The notes below the pieces were generated by a model, which was given only the letters and a program-made list of their open reading frames with translations, was not told where the DNA came from and searched no databases. Of a stretch of DNA of 64,000 nucleotides, positions 12,701-25,916 are shown piece after piece. Positions within the stretch are counted from its first letter, which is position 1, and each line of letters opens with the position of its first letter. The stretch comes from Lytechinus pictus (Eukaryota). Position numbers and translations under genes: made by a program. The stretch is from assembly GCF_037042905.1 (NCBI RefSeq), contig NC_087247.1, positions 1,550,001-1,614,000 on the forward strand, in the 5' to 3' direction.

Positions 12701-14620
12701 TATAAATGCAATATTATGTATATTATTCGCTTTGAATGTCGTAATTATTTTATATGAAATAAAAATTTATACATCTACTGAAACAATTTCCACTGATATT
12801 GTCTCTTCTTTTCATTTCATTTTCTTCAAAAAGGTCGATCATTTTTATAAGTCGTACAATGCGATAAACACTCACCAAGATAGGCAAGAAATACAACCTT
12901 GCTAATTGAATTATTTTTGGAAACAATCAAAAGAAGAAAAACAGAACCATGAAAGTTTGAAAGAGATCGGTCAAGAAAATTAATGGCCGTTTGAAAGACT
13001 AGATCACTGAGACTATACACATCTAAAATTGGCAAGTGGATTGTGGCAAGTGGGAAGAAAAACACTCCCATCTATCCTGTACACGATTTTTTAAAAATCC
13101 AAGTTCCCTTTTCTGGGGCAGTGATCGAAATATTAAAGAGAGAGCATGGAATTCGATAATACGACTGAGAGGCGTCCAGTGGAGACAAGAAAATGCATGT
13201 ATACTTTAAAAAAAATATTATGATTATAAAACTACAATTATCATTCATAACAATGCAACCTGACAAGGAAATAAGAGCTCAAACAAGCAAGATCAAGTTG
13301 CATCGTAGGCGAACTGAACTTGGGACCATGGATAGTAAATAGACCGTAAGGCGAAACCGACTCCAGACCGACAAAGGTTTTTCGTTGCTTCCATGACATT
13401 TCCTCCGGCGACAGTTGCTCCGATAGAAAATCTGCACGTGAACACTGAAACCAAACAAAAAATCTATCCTCCAAAACCACATAAACCCTTATCCTTATCC
13501 TTACATTATTCTTAACCAAAAACTCTTTATTGAATCCAAGCTCTAAACTTTATGCTCCAGTCCCTCTGGAAAATGGAGATCGGAGCAAATGTCGCCGGAG
13601 CAAATTTCGTGTCACCTTTTCGTTATTTTCAATGACACATCTTCGATCAGTTTGGATCGGTTTCATTGTTGCGATGTGACGAGAGAATAAGAGGGAATTT
13701 TCGCTCCACAACGCACGACTGTTTATAACTGTTGCGATTATGTGCAACATAAAATAATATTGTGACCAAACGATACCAAACGATCGCAAGAGCGATTGTG
13801 AAAGCCCCTTAATGGCGCCAACTACACCAAGGTAATGTAACAAGACTTAGTTAGCGAAGTGCCACTGACTTACAATTGCTTAACAAACTATTGTATTCTG
13901 TGATGTTACGGGGCACTTAATTGCTTTCGGCAGTTTGGGATTATCATGTCTAAGCTAGGATAGGATTAGTGATTTCAACATGAAAGTAATATTTGTCCAC
14001 CTAAACATTTACCTGAACGTGTTGTAAAGGTTCAAAACGTTGTTCAAGTCGTAACAGAAAGTCGTTTTACACGAGTGTATCTTTTTAACGTTTCTCCTAA
14101 TGCATGTAAATGTAAAGTTTGTCTACACTCTTAAGGATTGTCAAATTCATGGGAATTTATATAATGGCCTCCAAAGTTCAATTATGCGTAAATAAAAAAA
14201 CCCATCTCATTCCTTTGCTCGGTCAAGAATGGGTTTCCTAATTGTGGCTGTGGTGTTATTCTTTGCCCTCTTCATAATTCTTTGATTTCTCTCTATACCT
14301 CTTATGTATCTACGCACTTCCTTTTCCGCTCTCCTGTCCCTCGTACCATGTTACATCCTATACTCTCTCTTTGTGATCATAAATCTTCTTTGTTTAGTAT
14401 AAGAAGGAAATAAGGAATAAATCAGTTGTTTTTCCCCCGACCGGCTATTAGCAGAATACGGCAACTGAAAGACTAGCTGAAGTACCAGCGCCATTATTGT
14501 CACTAATTAGAGAATTGACAAAAGCAGAGAAGGGAATCGAAACGAAAAATCCGTTATTCCTTGCATTGGTTTATGACTGGAACCTAACCGCGGAAGCACA
14601 CTCATGTTGACCATACCATT

Positions 14621-16445
14621 AAAACAAGTGGAATGCCTCTGATGGTCTCACCTGCATCATGCGATTCAATATTAGCAGCAGTGCTGACTTTGAAAACTAC
14701 TATAAAATAATTACGTTATTCACAAAAAACACCATTCATATAATGATACAATAGTACGTTCATTGGTATTTGACCTTGATCATGTGACCTAAAACTTGTC
14801 AGTGATACTTGATTACCCCTATATCCATATTTTATACACTATATCTATAAACTTTGAAAGTGATGACAGAATCTAATAATTACCTCTAAAATGGCCAAAG
14901 TTCAATGAACTTAAATGACCTGAAATGACCTGAAACTCGCATGATATGTTTATCCGCCACTCTTTTACCCTAGAATCATGATTTGAATCATGATTCAAAT
15001 CATGATTCTGCAGAATCACGATTGCGTTTAGTCGAAATTGAATATAATCATGATTAGAATCACAAACATGAAACACGAAAAAAGGGGCGTTTGGAAAGAC
15101 GTTTCTGCAGAATCACGTACGAAAATGTTCGAATAAACGATATCGTGATTACAATCATGATTATATGACCTCACTGTTGTGTCGGGCTACTTTCGGTTTG
15201 ACTCTTGCCAAGCTCAAGGCGCTCTATATGCTCATTGTATGTACATGACTATGTACTATGAATTCATTTCTTGTCATGTTCAAGTTCTGTGTTGGTCATC
15301 GCATCGTCCACTACTTTTCATTTTTTGGTCATGTCTTCAACTTCAAGTTCTAGAAATGAATTAACTGGACAGACAATGATCTCAGTTGTTGTTGAGTATA
15401 CAGTATCAATATCAAATTGGATCTACGCTGAAAATCACTTCCGAACACCATTTTGGATAAACTAACAAGATGAATAGAAGCATATGGACCCTTTATGATA
15501 GAAGTAAACAAAATGAGGTATAGACTGAATTCTGATGGAAGCAAAAGAATTTTCGAGAGCCGAAACACGTGCGAAAAACTTCCTCTGTCAAACTGCGCAC
15601 TAGATTGGCCCGAATCTGAGGAGAAACAGCATTGGAATGAAGGTCGTCTAAACGCTGATTCTGTGATATTGTGATTCATGTTTGTGTTTTGAATCATGAT
15701 TCAAATCATGATTCAAATCATGATTCTGGCTTGAGGTCGCATAAACGCAGCCCAATATACTTACAGAGTTATGATGGTAATTCAACAAATACCCCCAACA
15801 TGACCAAAGTCCATTGACGTTTGACCTTGGTCATGCGACCTGAAACTCGCACAAGATGTTCGGTAAGGTAACTCTTATGTCCACGTTTTATGAACTAGAC
15901 CAATACACAAACAGAGATATGATGGTAATTCAACAAATACCCCAACTTGGCCAAAGTTCATTGACCTTACATGACCTTTGACCTTGATCATGTGACCTGA
16001 AACTCGCACAGTATGTTCAGTGATACTTGATTACTCTTTTGTCCAAGTTTCATGAATCAGATTCATAACCTTTCGAAGTTTTGATGGTAATTCAACAGAT
16101 ACCCCCATTATGGCCAAAGTTCATTGACCTTTGACCTTGGTCATGTGACCTGAAATGCGCACAGGATGTTCAGTGATACTTGATTACTCTTGTGTCCAAG
16201 TTTCATGAATCAGATTCATAACCTTTCAAAGTTTTGATGGTAATTCAATAAATACCCCCGACTTGGCCAAAGTTCATTGACCTTAAATGACCTTTGAATT
16301 TAATAATGTGACCTGATACTTGCACAGGATATTCAGTGATACTTGATTACCCTTATGTCCAAGTTTCATGAATCAGATCCATAAACTTTAAAGTTATGCT
16401 GTCATTTAAAAAACTTAACCTTCGGTTAAGATTTGGTGTTGACTC
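14621..16445 (-). mobile_element. Second, truncated copy of the same array-carrying element, with a nested MITE-like insert at about 14945-15753
   Basis: Same terminus aaacaagtggaatgcctctg..ggtctcacctgc and same repeat unit; the insert is bounded by inverted aatcatgattc-repeat arms. Confidence 0.7.
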
Positions 16446-17039
16446 CTAATCTAATCTAATCTATTCGATCATTTTATGACATTTTTTCTTAACGGTTTGG
16501 GCTCTCATTCCCATGGTTAAACTTGTTATCGATAACAACATGTCAAAATTGCAAGTTAGCTATTGACCAATTCGTTTCTTTTCATGAAACAGAGCCCTGC
16601 CATACACATTTTTTTTCCGAGGGGGTGGGGGCGGGGGTACGCATATTAAAAAAAAAAAGAAAATGAAAGCGAGAGAGCAAAGTGACATAGCTTGCCTTGG
16701 GGAGCTTTTTTTATTTCTTAAAGCGACAATTTTTTTTTTTTTTTTTTTTTTTTTTTGGGGGGGGGGCAACTAACCCCTGCCCCATGCTGCGTACGACCAT
16801 GCCCTGTTGCATACGTTTGGCTGACAGAAAAAAATATATATACTAATATAAAGTTAAGATTTCAGCTATGCGATTCTGGATTGCTGCCACCATGGCCACT
16901 CTATAAACATAACACTTTCATGCTCATAGAACCAATGATAGGCAAATCATATTTTCTGGTAAAAGCACCATCTACTCTTCTTTTATTTTTTCTCTATCAA
17001 TTGCAAACAATTGATTATCATTAATATTGAGCGTTTATG

Positions 17040-17272
17040 GCAACGAGGAAGTCAGATATGTCGATCAGGATGTTTACATCTTTGAAGTGGTCGCAACTCC
17101 CATAATCACGTTTAGCTTATGTAAAGGACTTGCATCTAATATGTATAAAGTGGATGTTAAAAGAACTCACAAGTGACTTTCCAGTCGTTTCTGTGGATTG
17201 TTCTAGTGGTTGACAGTATCACGACGAAGGGTCCGATTATAACTGTTGTCTCTATGGAATTTACAAAATTTG
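17040..17272 (+). promoter_or_regulatory. Putative promoter and 5' non-coding exon of gene B
   Basis: Collinear blocks shared with 27075-27311 (aggaagtca, caggatgttt, aagtggtcgca, gtggatgt). Both copies end at a TG|gtaagt donor. Confidence 0.55.
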
Positions 17273-17830
17273 GTAAGTACGTCTAGAAGTATTGTCATTT
17301 TAGAGAAAGAATTTTTATTAGAAATAAATAAAGGGGGAACGATTCAGGAGGATGAGTTATCTCCAAATCTCCGGGGGATATAAAAATCGATATGCACCAG
17401 GAAAACTACCAAGCAAGGTGGCTCATTGGTATAGCTCCCACGCCATTGATGGAACGTCGAGGCATGATCAACCAAATCATACCAAACAAAATAATTTCAT
17501 CATGATCCCTGAAGTGGAAACAATACGGCCAGTACGACGATTGTTTTCTTATTTTCTGGTGGTGTAAGGGTTGTTTTAGATCTGACCAGGGCAAGCCAGA
17601 ATTCGATAGGGAAAAAGTAGGCGAAAAGGAAGACAATACCAAAAATGAGGAAAGGCTTGGGGGCAGGGCTTGAACATACAAGAGAAAGTGAGAGATAATC
17701 CGATCATCATCATGATTATAATGAGATGGAAATCACTGCTAAATGAAACCCCTCACTAAGGATATATCGATTATTCATAAAATCATCAGTTTTTGTTACT
17801 AACCTTGTTTACAGGCCAATTGAAGACACA

Positions 17831-17937
17831 ATGCACCACCTTTGGTTCACCGTTGTTCTTCAGATTGGGATATTTCTTACCCTCCCCAAAAGCCCGATGT
17901 CACTGGATGGCAGTGCAATCTGCGAAGAAAAAAGAAG
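17831..17937 (+). CDS. Gene B first coding exon: signal peptide plus first EMI Cys (MHHLWFTVVLQIGIFLTLPKSPMSLDGSAICEEKR)
   Basis: Acceptor AG at 17813-17814; ATG at 17831; gtcagt donor, phase 2. Homologous to 29044-29141 and 50191-50294. Confidence 0.85.
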
Positions 17938-19357
17938 GTCAGTATGCACATAACTGCATGATATAGATGAATTTGAGGAGGGGGGTAGGGGCTTCCAAAG
18001 AAGAACACGGGCTCTTCCAATAGGACATGTGCTCTTCCAATATGACATATAATGAGCCTTGTGTGCGTTGCTATGTCGATGTCTGTGCATGAGTTATCTT
18101 TGTTAGGCATACTTGAATCCCAACTACAATAAAACAGCATCCAAACCGGAAAATGGGTGCGAACATGTTGAGTGTCGAGTTAATTATAATTTATGCAAAA
18201 GGCCTAGTTTCAATTGGTCTTCCAATCATTTTGTCAAATTCTCACTTCGTCTTTTTTTAAGAGAAAGGCCTTCATTATATTCGGATTTAATTCATTTTTT
18301 TTGCAGGAGAGGTGAAATTCTTCATTTATGAATTAATTATATAAGAAAATGAACCGCTACAGTGGCGGAAGTATGAAGGACAATGCACAATGGTTTGTTG
18401 AATTGATGATAATGATGATGATGATGACGATGATGATGACGATAACAATTTAATGATAAATACGTATATGAACATGATCATTATATTGGAAAACATAGTA
18501 TCTAAAATGAAAATAATAACAATAACAGCTAGATAATGTTAAACAGTAGCACGAACAAAACTATAAACAAAGCATTATAATGTAGGGTAATCGACCAACT
18601 TCATGAAAACCTTCTCAAACGATGGCCAGTTCCGCGCTAGCCCTTTACAAGCCCATACATCCACATAATTATGTATTTATTAATTTATCAATTCACTCAT
18701 TTGTTTATTAGTTGGTTTAATGAATTATTCAATTTTGGATTTTAGATTTGATGGCCATTAGACTAGGTGGGTATTAGAAAAACTGGTGAATATTCAAACT
18801 GACAGGGGCGGTGTCGGGGTATTTTGTTTACGGGGGGGGGGGGGGGAGTCAGGAATCATTTATATTTTTTCGCCCTTCATCATTTAATTATCTTATATGA
18901 CAAACATCCCCGGTGGCAAGATATCTATGGAGGAATGTGATATTGTTTTAGTATGTATATACTTCTTTAAAAATTATTTCTCTTTATAGATTTTGTGAAA
19001 GAAATGAGGTATATTTTCTGTAACAAGTGTAAGTAGGTTCGTTCAGGATTAACTGAATCAGAATTGAGATTGAAGTTGATGTAGACATGCATGCAATTGT
19101 GACTTATATAGTTTAAAATGAATTACGATATTGATATTATTATTTGTGGCTAACGTTGAATCACATTTTGCTATTGACATAGCTTCAATTACCAGATGAT
19201 TTTGTATGTTTGTCATCTACATTTTAAGGAAAATATTCTATACATTTTGCAATAAATCAAATTTCACCTTTGTTCTACAATACCTTAAAGTTACGTCATG
19301 TTTTATCAATCGATAATTAGTAATAGGGTTATACACCTTCGTCTTCTTTTATCTATC

Positions 19358-19944
19358 AAGGAAAAGTCCGCCCCAACAAAAAGTTGATTTGAATAAAAAG
19401 CGAATAACCCAACAAACACAACACTGACAATTTCATCAAAATTAGATGTAAAATAAGAAAGTTATGATATTTTAAAGTTTCACTTAATTCCATAAAACAG
19501 TTATATGTACATCCTGGTTAGTACACAAATGAGAGACTAATGACGTCATCTACTCACTATTTATTTTATACTTTAATATGTGAAATATTTATCCTTATTG
19601 TCAAGTGAAACAACGATTAATTCCACCGTGAACATGTGGAATTAGCATTGTTTAATGCAATATGGTTCAAACAAGTTGGTCCTTATGCAAATTTATAAAA
19701 AATGAAATATTGTTTAAGTCAAACAATAAAAAACAAAATAAATAGTGAGTGAGGGACATCATCAACTGTCTCATTCGCATGTTACTGAGTTGTGCATATC
19801 ACTGTTTTGTGAAAAAGAAGTGAAATCTTAAAAAGTCATAACTTTCTTATTTTACACCCAATTTTGATGAAACTTTCAGCGTTATGCTAGTTTAATTTTT
19901 TTTCTTCTATTTATCAACTTTTGTTTCTGGGGTGGACTTGACTT
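19358..19944. mobile_element. MITE of about 600 bp with long imperfect TIRs
   Basis: aaggaaaagtccgcccca ... tggggtggacttgactt ends; second copy at 25917-26559. Confidence 0.8.
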
Positions 19945-20101
19945 CTAATTATCCTTTTCTTCTCTTGTTTGGCTAATATGGCCTAAAACTTAAACTAAGC
20001 CGGATGGGATGATAGTTGATGTGCTTTGCGATGCCTTCTCTTAAATCTGTTTATTTTCTGAACTATGGTAACTCTTCTTTTCTACCGTTTTTATTGTGTA
20101 G

Positions 20102-20200
20102 CCAGAAAAAGATGGTAAGCACACGCGTGACAAAAACCAATACAGTCCTGACGTACAGGAGAGGACGATGGATATTGTGGAATAAGCATACTGTCTATCG
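20102..20200 (+). CDS. Gene B central EMI exon lacking the Cys pair (SQKKMVSTRVTKTNTVLTYRRGRWILWNKHTVYR)
   Basis: tgtgtag acceptor and gtaaat donor; 99 nt, phase 2-2; aligns with the gene C exon (VS.RVT.T..V.TY...W..W....YR). Confidence 0.82.
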
Positions 20201-21135
20201 GTAAATCTCCTCTTTCATTATTTTTTTTAAATATTCTGAATGACACGAAATTGCTTACCAAACAAACGAGTTTCATGTTAAAGATACACTTACTTATGTT
20301 ACTGGCAATTATATAAATTTGTTTTACACAGTAATCCGAGATTTCACAAAGTTCTTAATATTATATATTATATTTTCAGTCATGAAAAGAAACCATATTT
20401 ATGACTTGGGTTGTGGCGTCGGACATGTGAATTGAACGGTCTGTAATATTTAAACGTCTTGAGGGTAAAACCATAATATCAACACTCAACGGAAGTATCA
20501 ACTCCCAAAGCACTTCATATTTATATACAATATAGATTTAAATGCTCTTCGAATAATGATACTCAATTTGCTAAGTTGATAAAAAAGGCTCCTAATTATG
20601 AGCTGTGGCAATATACCCTAGTTCCATTTTATTTAACACTTTGAAAATGTCAACATTTGGAAAAACCTGAAACGATATCGTTTTTGTTTAATTTCATCGA
20701 TCGTTTATTCCAAAATACTTTTTTTAGTAAATATTGATCAAATTATGTAAAAATTGCGTTAATTTATATGTGTAGGTTAACTTGCTGTAAGGGGTAAAAA
20801 ACCATAATTTGTACATATTATGATCCCCCACTGACAGATATTGAATGCAAGTGGAAATAAATTGAATTGAACTGATTTGAAAAAAAAAATCAATTGAATT
20901 ATTCGGAATTACGAAAAAATAGATTTCTTATACCCTTTAAACGGAAAACGTGTCATGATACCAAAATCATGATAACAGCTAAAAGAAAATAGACATCTGT
21001 TATTTTTAAACGATACACCCGAGAAAAGCATCCCCAAAATGGGTAAGGATTTGCATACTGAATGATTTTTAAAATTTGCCAATTAAAAGGAGTTAAAAGG
21101 CTGAAAGTATTCATTTTTTCATATTCTACGAAAAG

Positions 21136-21251
21136 AACTGTCATAGGCTACGCGAAGGTAAACCAACCTGTTACGAACTACTTCATCATCCGTGAATGCT
21201 GTAGTGGCTATAAAGTGGACGCAACGCAGGGTCTCTGCCTTCCAATATCAG
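21136..21251 (+). CDS. Gene B C-terminal EMI exon (TVIGYAKVNQPVTNYFIIRECCSGYKVDATQGLCLPIS)
   Basis: 116 nt, phase 2-1, same length as in genes C and D; CCxGY motif. Confidence 0.88.
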
Positions 21252-21574
21252 GTACGCCTAGACCTTTATTCTGTCTGGAAAATGCACCGACTTCAATGTA
21301 ATACATTATTTGATGGTTGAAAAAAGTTGAAGTTGAAAGAAGTAGAAAAAAATGTGAAAAAGTACTTGTATCTATGATATTGGTAATTTTTTTGGGGGGC
21401 CAAAACATATACAAGACATATTAAACGAAAACAAACAGGACGTAGGTTCCTTAAGTGGAAGTTCCCCTGAAAACAAATTGTCTCTAGGCGTATAAAGAAA
21501 AAGGTATTTCAAGTAATCAAATATACACCTATTCAGGAAATGACAATTGCGATCATTTTAATTCTCAAATTCAG

Positions 21575-21893
21575 GACCCGAGGAGAGACTGTCTACGACA
21601 ACAGAAAACGGTGAGCCGGATGTTGCTCCATCATCCGAAACGACGAGGGACGAATTGCCGAGAACGTCAACGTCATCGTATAATGTCAATAACTCCCCTA
21701 CTACTTTGCAAAGCAACGAGACAGCCAGAGGAGTGGAAGATGGTTTGGGTACGATGTCATCAAGGACTCGACGACAGACAACAATCATGATCAGCATTCT
21801 TCTTTCCTTCGCTATTGTTATCGTACTGTCAGTCGCATTGGGGTGCATGGTGTACCGCCGACGGAAAAGAAGCAGAATACAGGAGATTGATAG
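21575..21893 (+). CDS. Gene B stalk plus TM exon (TM IMISILLSFAIVIVLSVALGCMVY, then RRRKR)
   Basis: ttcag acceptor and gtgagt donor; phase 1-2; overlaps ORF 21655-21897. Confidence 0.88.
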
Positions 21894-21939
21894 GTGAGTG
21901 TTGATAATTCATCATGGATCTTATACCAGTTTAGATCTA

Positions 21940-22372
21940 CCACCAAACGCGAGGTAACCTAGAAAGCTACCGCAGGTCGGCGTTTGTCCACTGTAGATCT
22001 AAACGGTCTCGGCGCAAAGCACGAATCTGAGGTAATCGCGAGGTAAATATTACCTAGACAGCACAATCGCGAGGTCACAGGGCGTGATCCCCTGTTGGAT
22101 TGTATATCTAAAACGGCGTAAACTCGGCATAAAAAACGAAAGGCCTTAATCTGAGCGATCGTTGTGCAGCGCGCGCTTTCCCCCTTGATTGACATTTCGC
22201 CATGACAACGCAGTTCGCCAGTCCAAAGGGAGACGATGTACCTCGCGATTACCGCAGATGATCTAAACGGCCCCAATGTGCACCTCGTGTTTTAATAAGG
22301 ACTTTCATGCCGTGTTCGCTCTAGAAAATTGTCTAGTGTGACACCAGAGAGAGATAGATCTAAACGGGGTAT
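21940..22372. repeat. MITE-like element with agatctaaacgg and cgcgaggta motifs in a gene B intron
   Basis: Repeated and inverted gtttagatct / agatctaaac and cgcgaggta / tacctcgcg motifs. Confidence 0.55.
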
Positions 22373-22763
22373 CAGTCAGGGCCCGCTCCCTTATCCGGAG
22401 GTGAACCATTAGATAATGAAGTAGAATACCTGTACCCAACGGCACAAAAAGAGTCGTGTAAAAGCATGTAGATTTTGGAACTCCTTCAGAACGGTGCCCG
22501 CTTCTCGTAGGCCAGACCCAGGTTTTCCAGGTTAAAAATCCGCAACAACATCGAAAACTGATATGGCTTAATAATTCCTGCACCAACGCAAATAACATAA
22601 ATGGTCGAACTACACAATATATTAAAATTTCTCGTGTAGATTTTCTCCGGTTATGTATAGATTTGTATAATTGTACAAATTGTATTATAAAAATGGAAAA
22701 TTAAGGAATGTTTTCACGAATTATACAATTTTGCATTAATGGTCTGTGTTTCTTTTCCAACAG

Positions 22764-22801
22764 GAACACTGCAGAACCACTCCGTGACTTGTCAGAAAAA
22801 A
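22764..22801 (+). CDS. Gene B cytoplasmic mini-exon (NTAEPLRDLSEK)
   Basis: caacag acceptor and gtatgt donor; 38 nt, phase 2-1; EPLRDL shared with the gene C mini-exon. Confidence 0.8.
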
Positions 22802-23416
22802 GTATGTAAAACCTATTGACTATATAAATCATTCGTGATATCATGTAAGAAATGAATATAAACGTAACGATGTTCAGCTATGTCCTTGCATTGTAAAACT
22901 TAAGTAGTCCCCTATCATGTGGTCCCTACAAGGTAGTGTAGTGATGATGCCAAATGACTACATAGTTATGAATCTACAGATTTTTAATTTACAAACGTGC
23001 TAGTTGGAATACTAATGTTTATCCCAACTATGTGTATGTCAATTATACGAAATAAGTTTGTGTGTTGGGGTGGGAGGGTGTAGTATGCAAAGATCACCGC
23101 ACACTAATACCAAACAAAGAAATGTACTAATTACAGAGTAGCGAGATGAGAGAGGGGCTGGAGTTTGAGGCAAATAAAGGCCTCAGGAAGGGAACAAAGC
23201 GAAATATAGATAAAGAAGTAGAAAGGGAGAGAAAGAAAATATCAAGAATGTAAAAGGCAGGGAGAGAGAGATTTCATTTCCACCATTAAAATGTAAATAA
23301 ACTAGGGGTATTCATTGCTATTAAAGATGAATTCGATATGCATGGTCAATATGTTTTATATAAAAAATCATGTAACGAAAATAATGTTATTTCCACGTTT
23401 CATCATTCTTTCTTGA

Positions 23417-23982
23417 CAAAAGGTTCAAACATTCAGCATTTCTCTCCATCGTTCGCCCCTGATGATGAATATGCACTCGTCGATAAGACGCCCAGAGTCT
23501 CAACACCAACTGAAGATCCCCGGCAAGAATACGAAAACACATGCATTGGTGGAGAACCAGTTGATCTACAATCCGATGGCCAAAACAAGGAGCCACAAGG
23601 GGAAAATCTCTTACCGTATACCGATGAGTGTTACACGGAAGTTAATGACATGCTCCCAAGCTCAACCGGATGCGATGAAAAGGTAGACCATTCACCACCA
23701 AAAGGTTCAAACATTCAGCATTTCTCTCCATCGTTCGCCCCTGATGATGAATATGCACTCGTCGATAAGACGCCCAGAGTCTCAACACCAACTGAAGATC
23801 CCCGGCAAGAATACGAAAACACATGGTTTGATGGAAAACCAGTTGATCTACAATCCGATGGCCAAAACAATGAGCCACAAGGGGGAAATCTCTTACCGTA
23901 TACCGATGAGTGTTACACAGAAGTTAATGACATGCTCCCAAGCTCGACCGGATGCGATGAAGAGGTCGACCATTCACCACCA
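23417..23982 (+). repeat. Near-identical 282-bp tandem duplication within the gene B tail
   Basis: caaaaggttcaaacattcag occurs at 23417 and 23699; the protein repeats SNIQHFSP...VDHSPP twice. Confidence 0.97.
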
Positions 23983-24486
23983 TACTCTGTTTGTCCAGAT
24001 CATGCAGAGGGTGCTATGAACGACGGGTATGAAGCAGATGATGATTCACAACTTACATACGATCACCTGGATCGAAGCCCTACACAAGGCAACACGCATC
24101 ATGGAGACTCCTCAAAAGAGGGTTCTGAAAGTGCAGGCGGAATCTATAATGTTCTTGTCCAGTCAGATTCTGCTGACTCACAAGAAAAATACGATGCGTT
24201 GCAACGAAACATGTGGCAGACTGAGCAATCTGGTATCGGTGGCTGCGATCCGGGTCTTGCTGGTCCATCGCCGGGTTCACAGACAGACCACGTGGTAGAT
24301 GCCGATGATTACGACGTTCTTGATAGAGTGATGCCCAAAACAATCGGGAGGGAGCATCTCGGAGAACTACACCGGAGTCCCGACGAGGCAGATTATGGAC
24401 ATCTTGGGTCAAGCCTTGAAAGGGATACTAAAGAGAATGATGACATTGACATGATGCCCATCTATTATAATGGATATATCAATTAG
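23423..24486 (+). CDS. Gene B terminal exon: acidic Tyr-rich tail with an internal 94-aa duplication; spliced CDS 1743 nt = 580 aa
   Basis: Lies in ORF 23338-24486; aaag acceptor at the position homologous to gene C; all exons join in frame. Confidence 0.87.
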
Positions 24487-25916
24487 AATAAACGTGAAGT
24501 TCAAGGTTTTGATCGCGATCACTAACATGACTAGTGAGTTTGGGTGGTAAAAATTAGGATCATTTTTAGATAGTTTGTCACGTTGGTCGCAAATTGACAT
24601 ATTTTGTCGTCAATATCAATGTAATGCCCTAGCATATAACCTGACTGTAGCTTATTGAGACATGCGCATATATGATACATCATGGACATTTGCCAACCGT
24701 ATCCATTGTTGTGGCGTAAGCTATTACCAAGGAGCTTCCAACACAAGCTCCTTGCTATTACGCGTTTGATTTAGCTGTACTGGAAGGTCCAAGGTTAGAG
24801 CCTTGACTGACATAAAGGAAATGTAATTCCCTACTCTTAAGTGAACATTATGGAGATACTGTTGTGACTTGCAACCCAATAGGCCAAGAACTGCGTTTTG
24901 AAAAGTTAAGGTAATCTCACACTATAAAAGTAATAACAGTCAACCTTTTAGGGATAGACTACAATACATTGATGGACTTCATATTTGTAATCCAACAGAA
25001 ACTTACAAGAACTCACGACAAATATCCACAATGTCGCCACCGGTGACGCAAAAATTGCAACCAAAATCGTGAAACTGGCCCAAACTGGCGACCAAAGTTG
25101 CACAACAAACCTCAAAGAGTATAAGAAAAACAAAGTAAATTAATTTCATTTCATTTAGTTTATTTCCATTTCCAAGAATAGAATACTGACTTGACTGAAA
25201 AGAGCACAGTCATGTCCTGTTATTGGGCCATAAAACATTGGAATTCTCTTCCCATTGAAGTACAGGGAATAAACTCAAGAACTATCAAATTTAAGAGGAA
25301 ACTGAACAAATATCTTTCGCTTGACAGTCAAAGGAAGACACAAACGATCGTGTTATAGGGGAATATAGGGGACAACGTTCTTTTCTCGTTCATGCAAGTT
25401 CATGTTCAATGTATTATTGTATGCCATATGATTTGATATTTCTCGATATTTCTTTCTTTTTCTCCTTTCCTTAATCTTCTACGTTTTCTTCCCCCCCCCC
25501 CTCCTCCTTCCTCTTTTCTTCTTCTCCTCCTTCACTTTATTCTTCTCCTCTTCATGTTATTCTGTATATACCAATAAAATATTGATTTATAATTGTAATT
25601 CATGATTTTATTTCAGCATTGAATAGTAAGATTTTAATTCATTATTATCATTATTGTTATTATTATGTCAAACATCACAATGGATGGAATCTTTCGATCT
25701 TTCATAGGTAATCTTGTTCAAGCTTGCTGATATTATTTTTTCGATGTGTTGGAGACTTGACAAATAAAATCGATAAATCATTTAGCCAATCAATGTTTTA
25801 ATGTATATATTGTTCTGTATCGGCATGTAAACAAAACAGATTTTACATAATTAGATAAGTAACTTGTATTTGTGAATGGATGTTTTTTATTTTTAATATT
25901 GAGTGCGATATCATTG

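Noticed and set aside
14860-16445. CRISPR-like regularly spaced repeats (also 55430-56280)
   Set aside because: The context is eukaryotic, the sequence between motifs is itself repeated rather than unique spacers, and there are no cas genes.
18990-19028. Candidate extra small exon in a gene B intron
   Set aside because: It has an in-frame TAA in the required phase and no counterpart in the paralogs.
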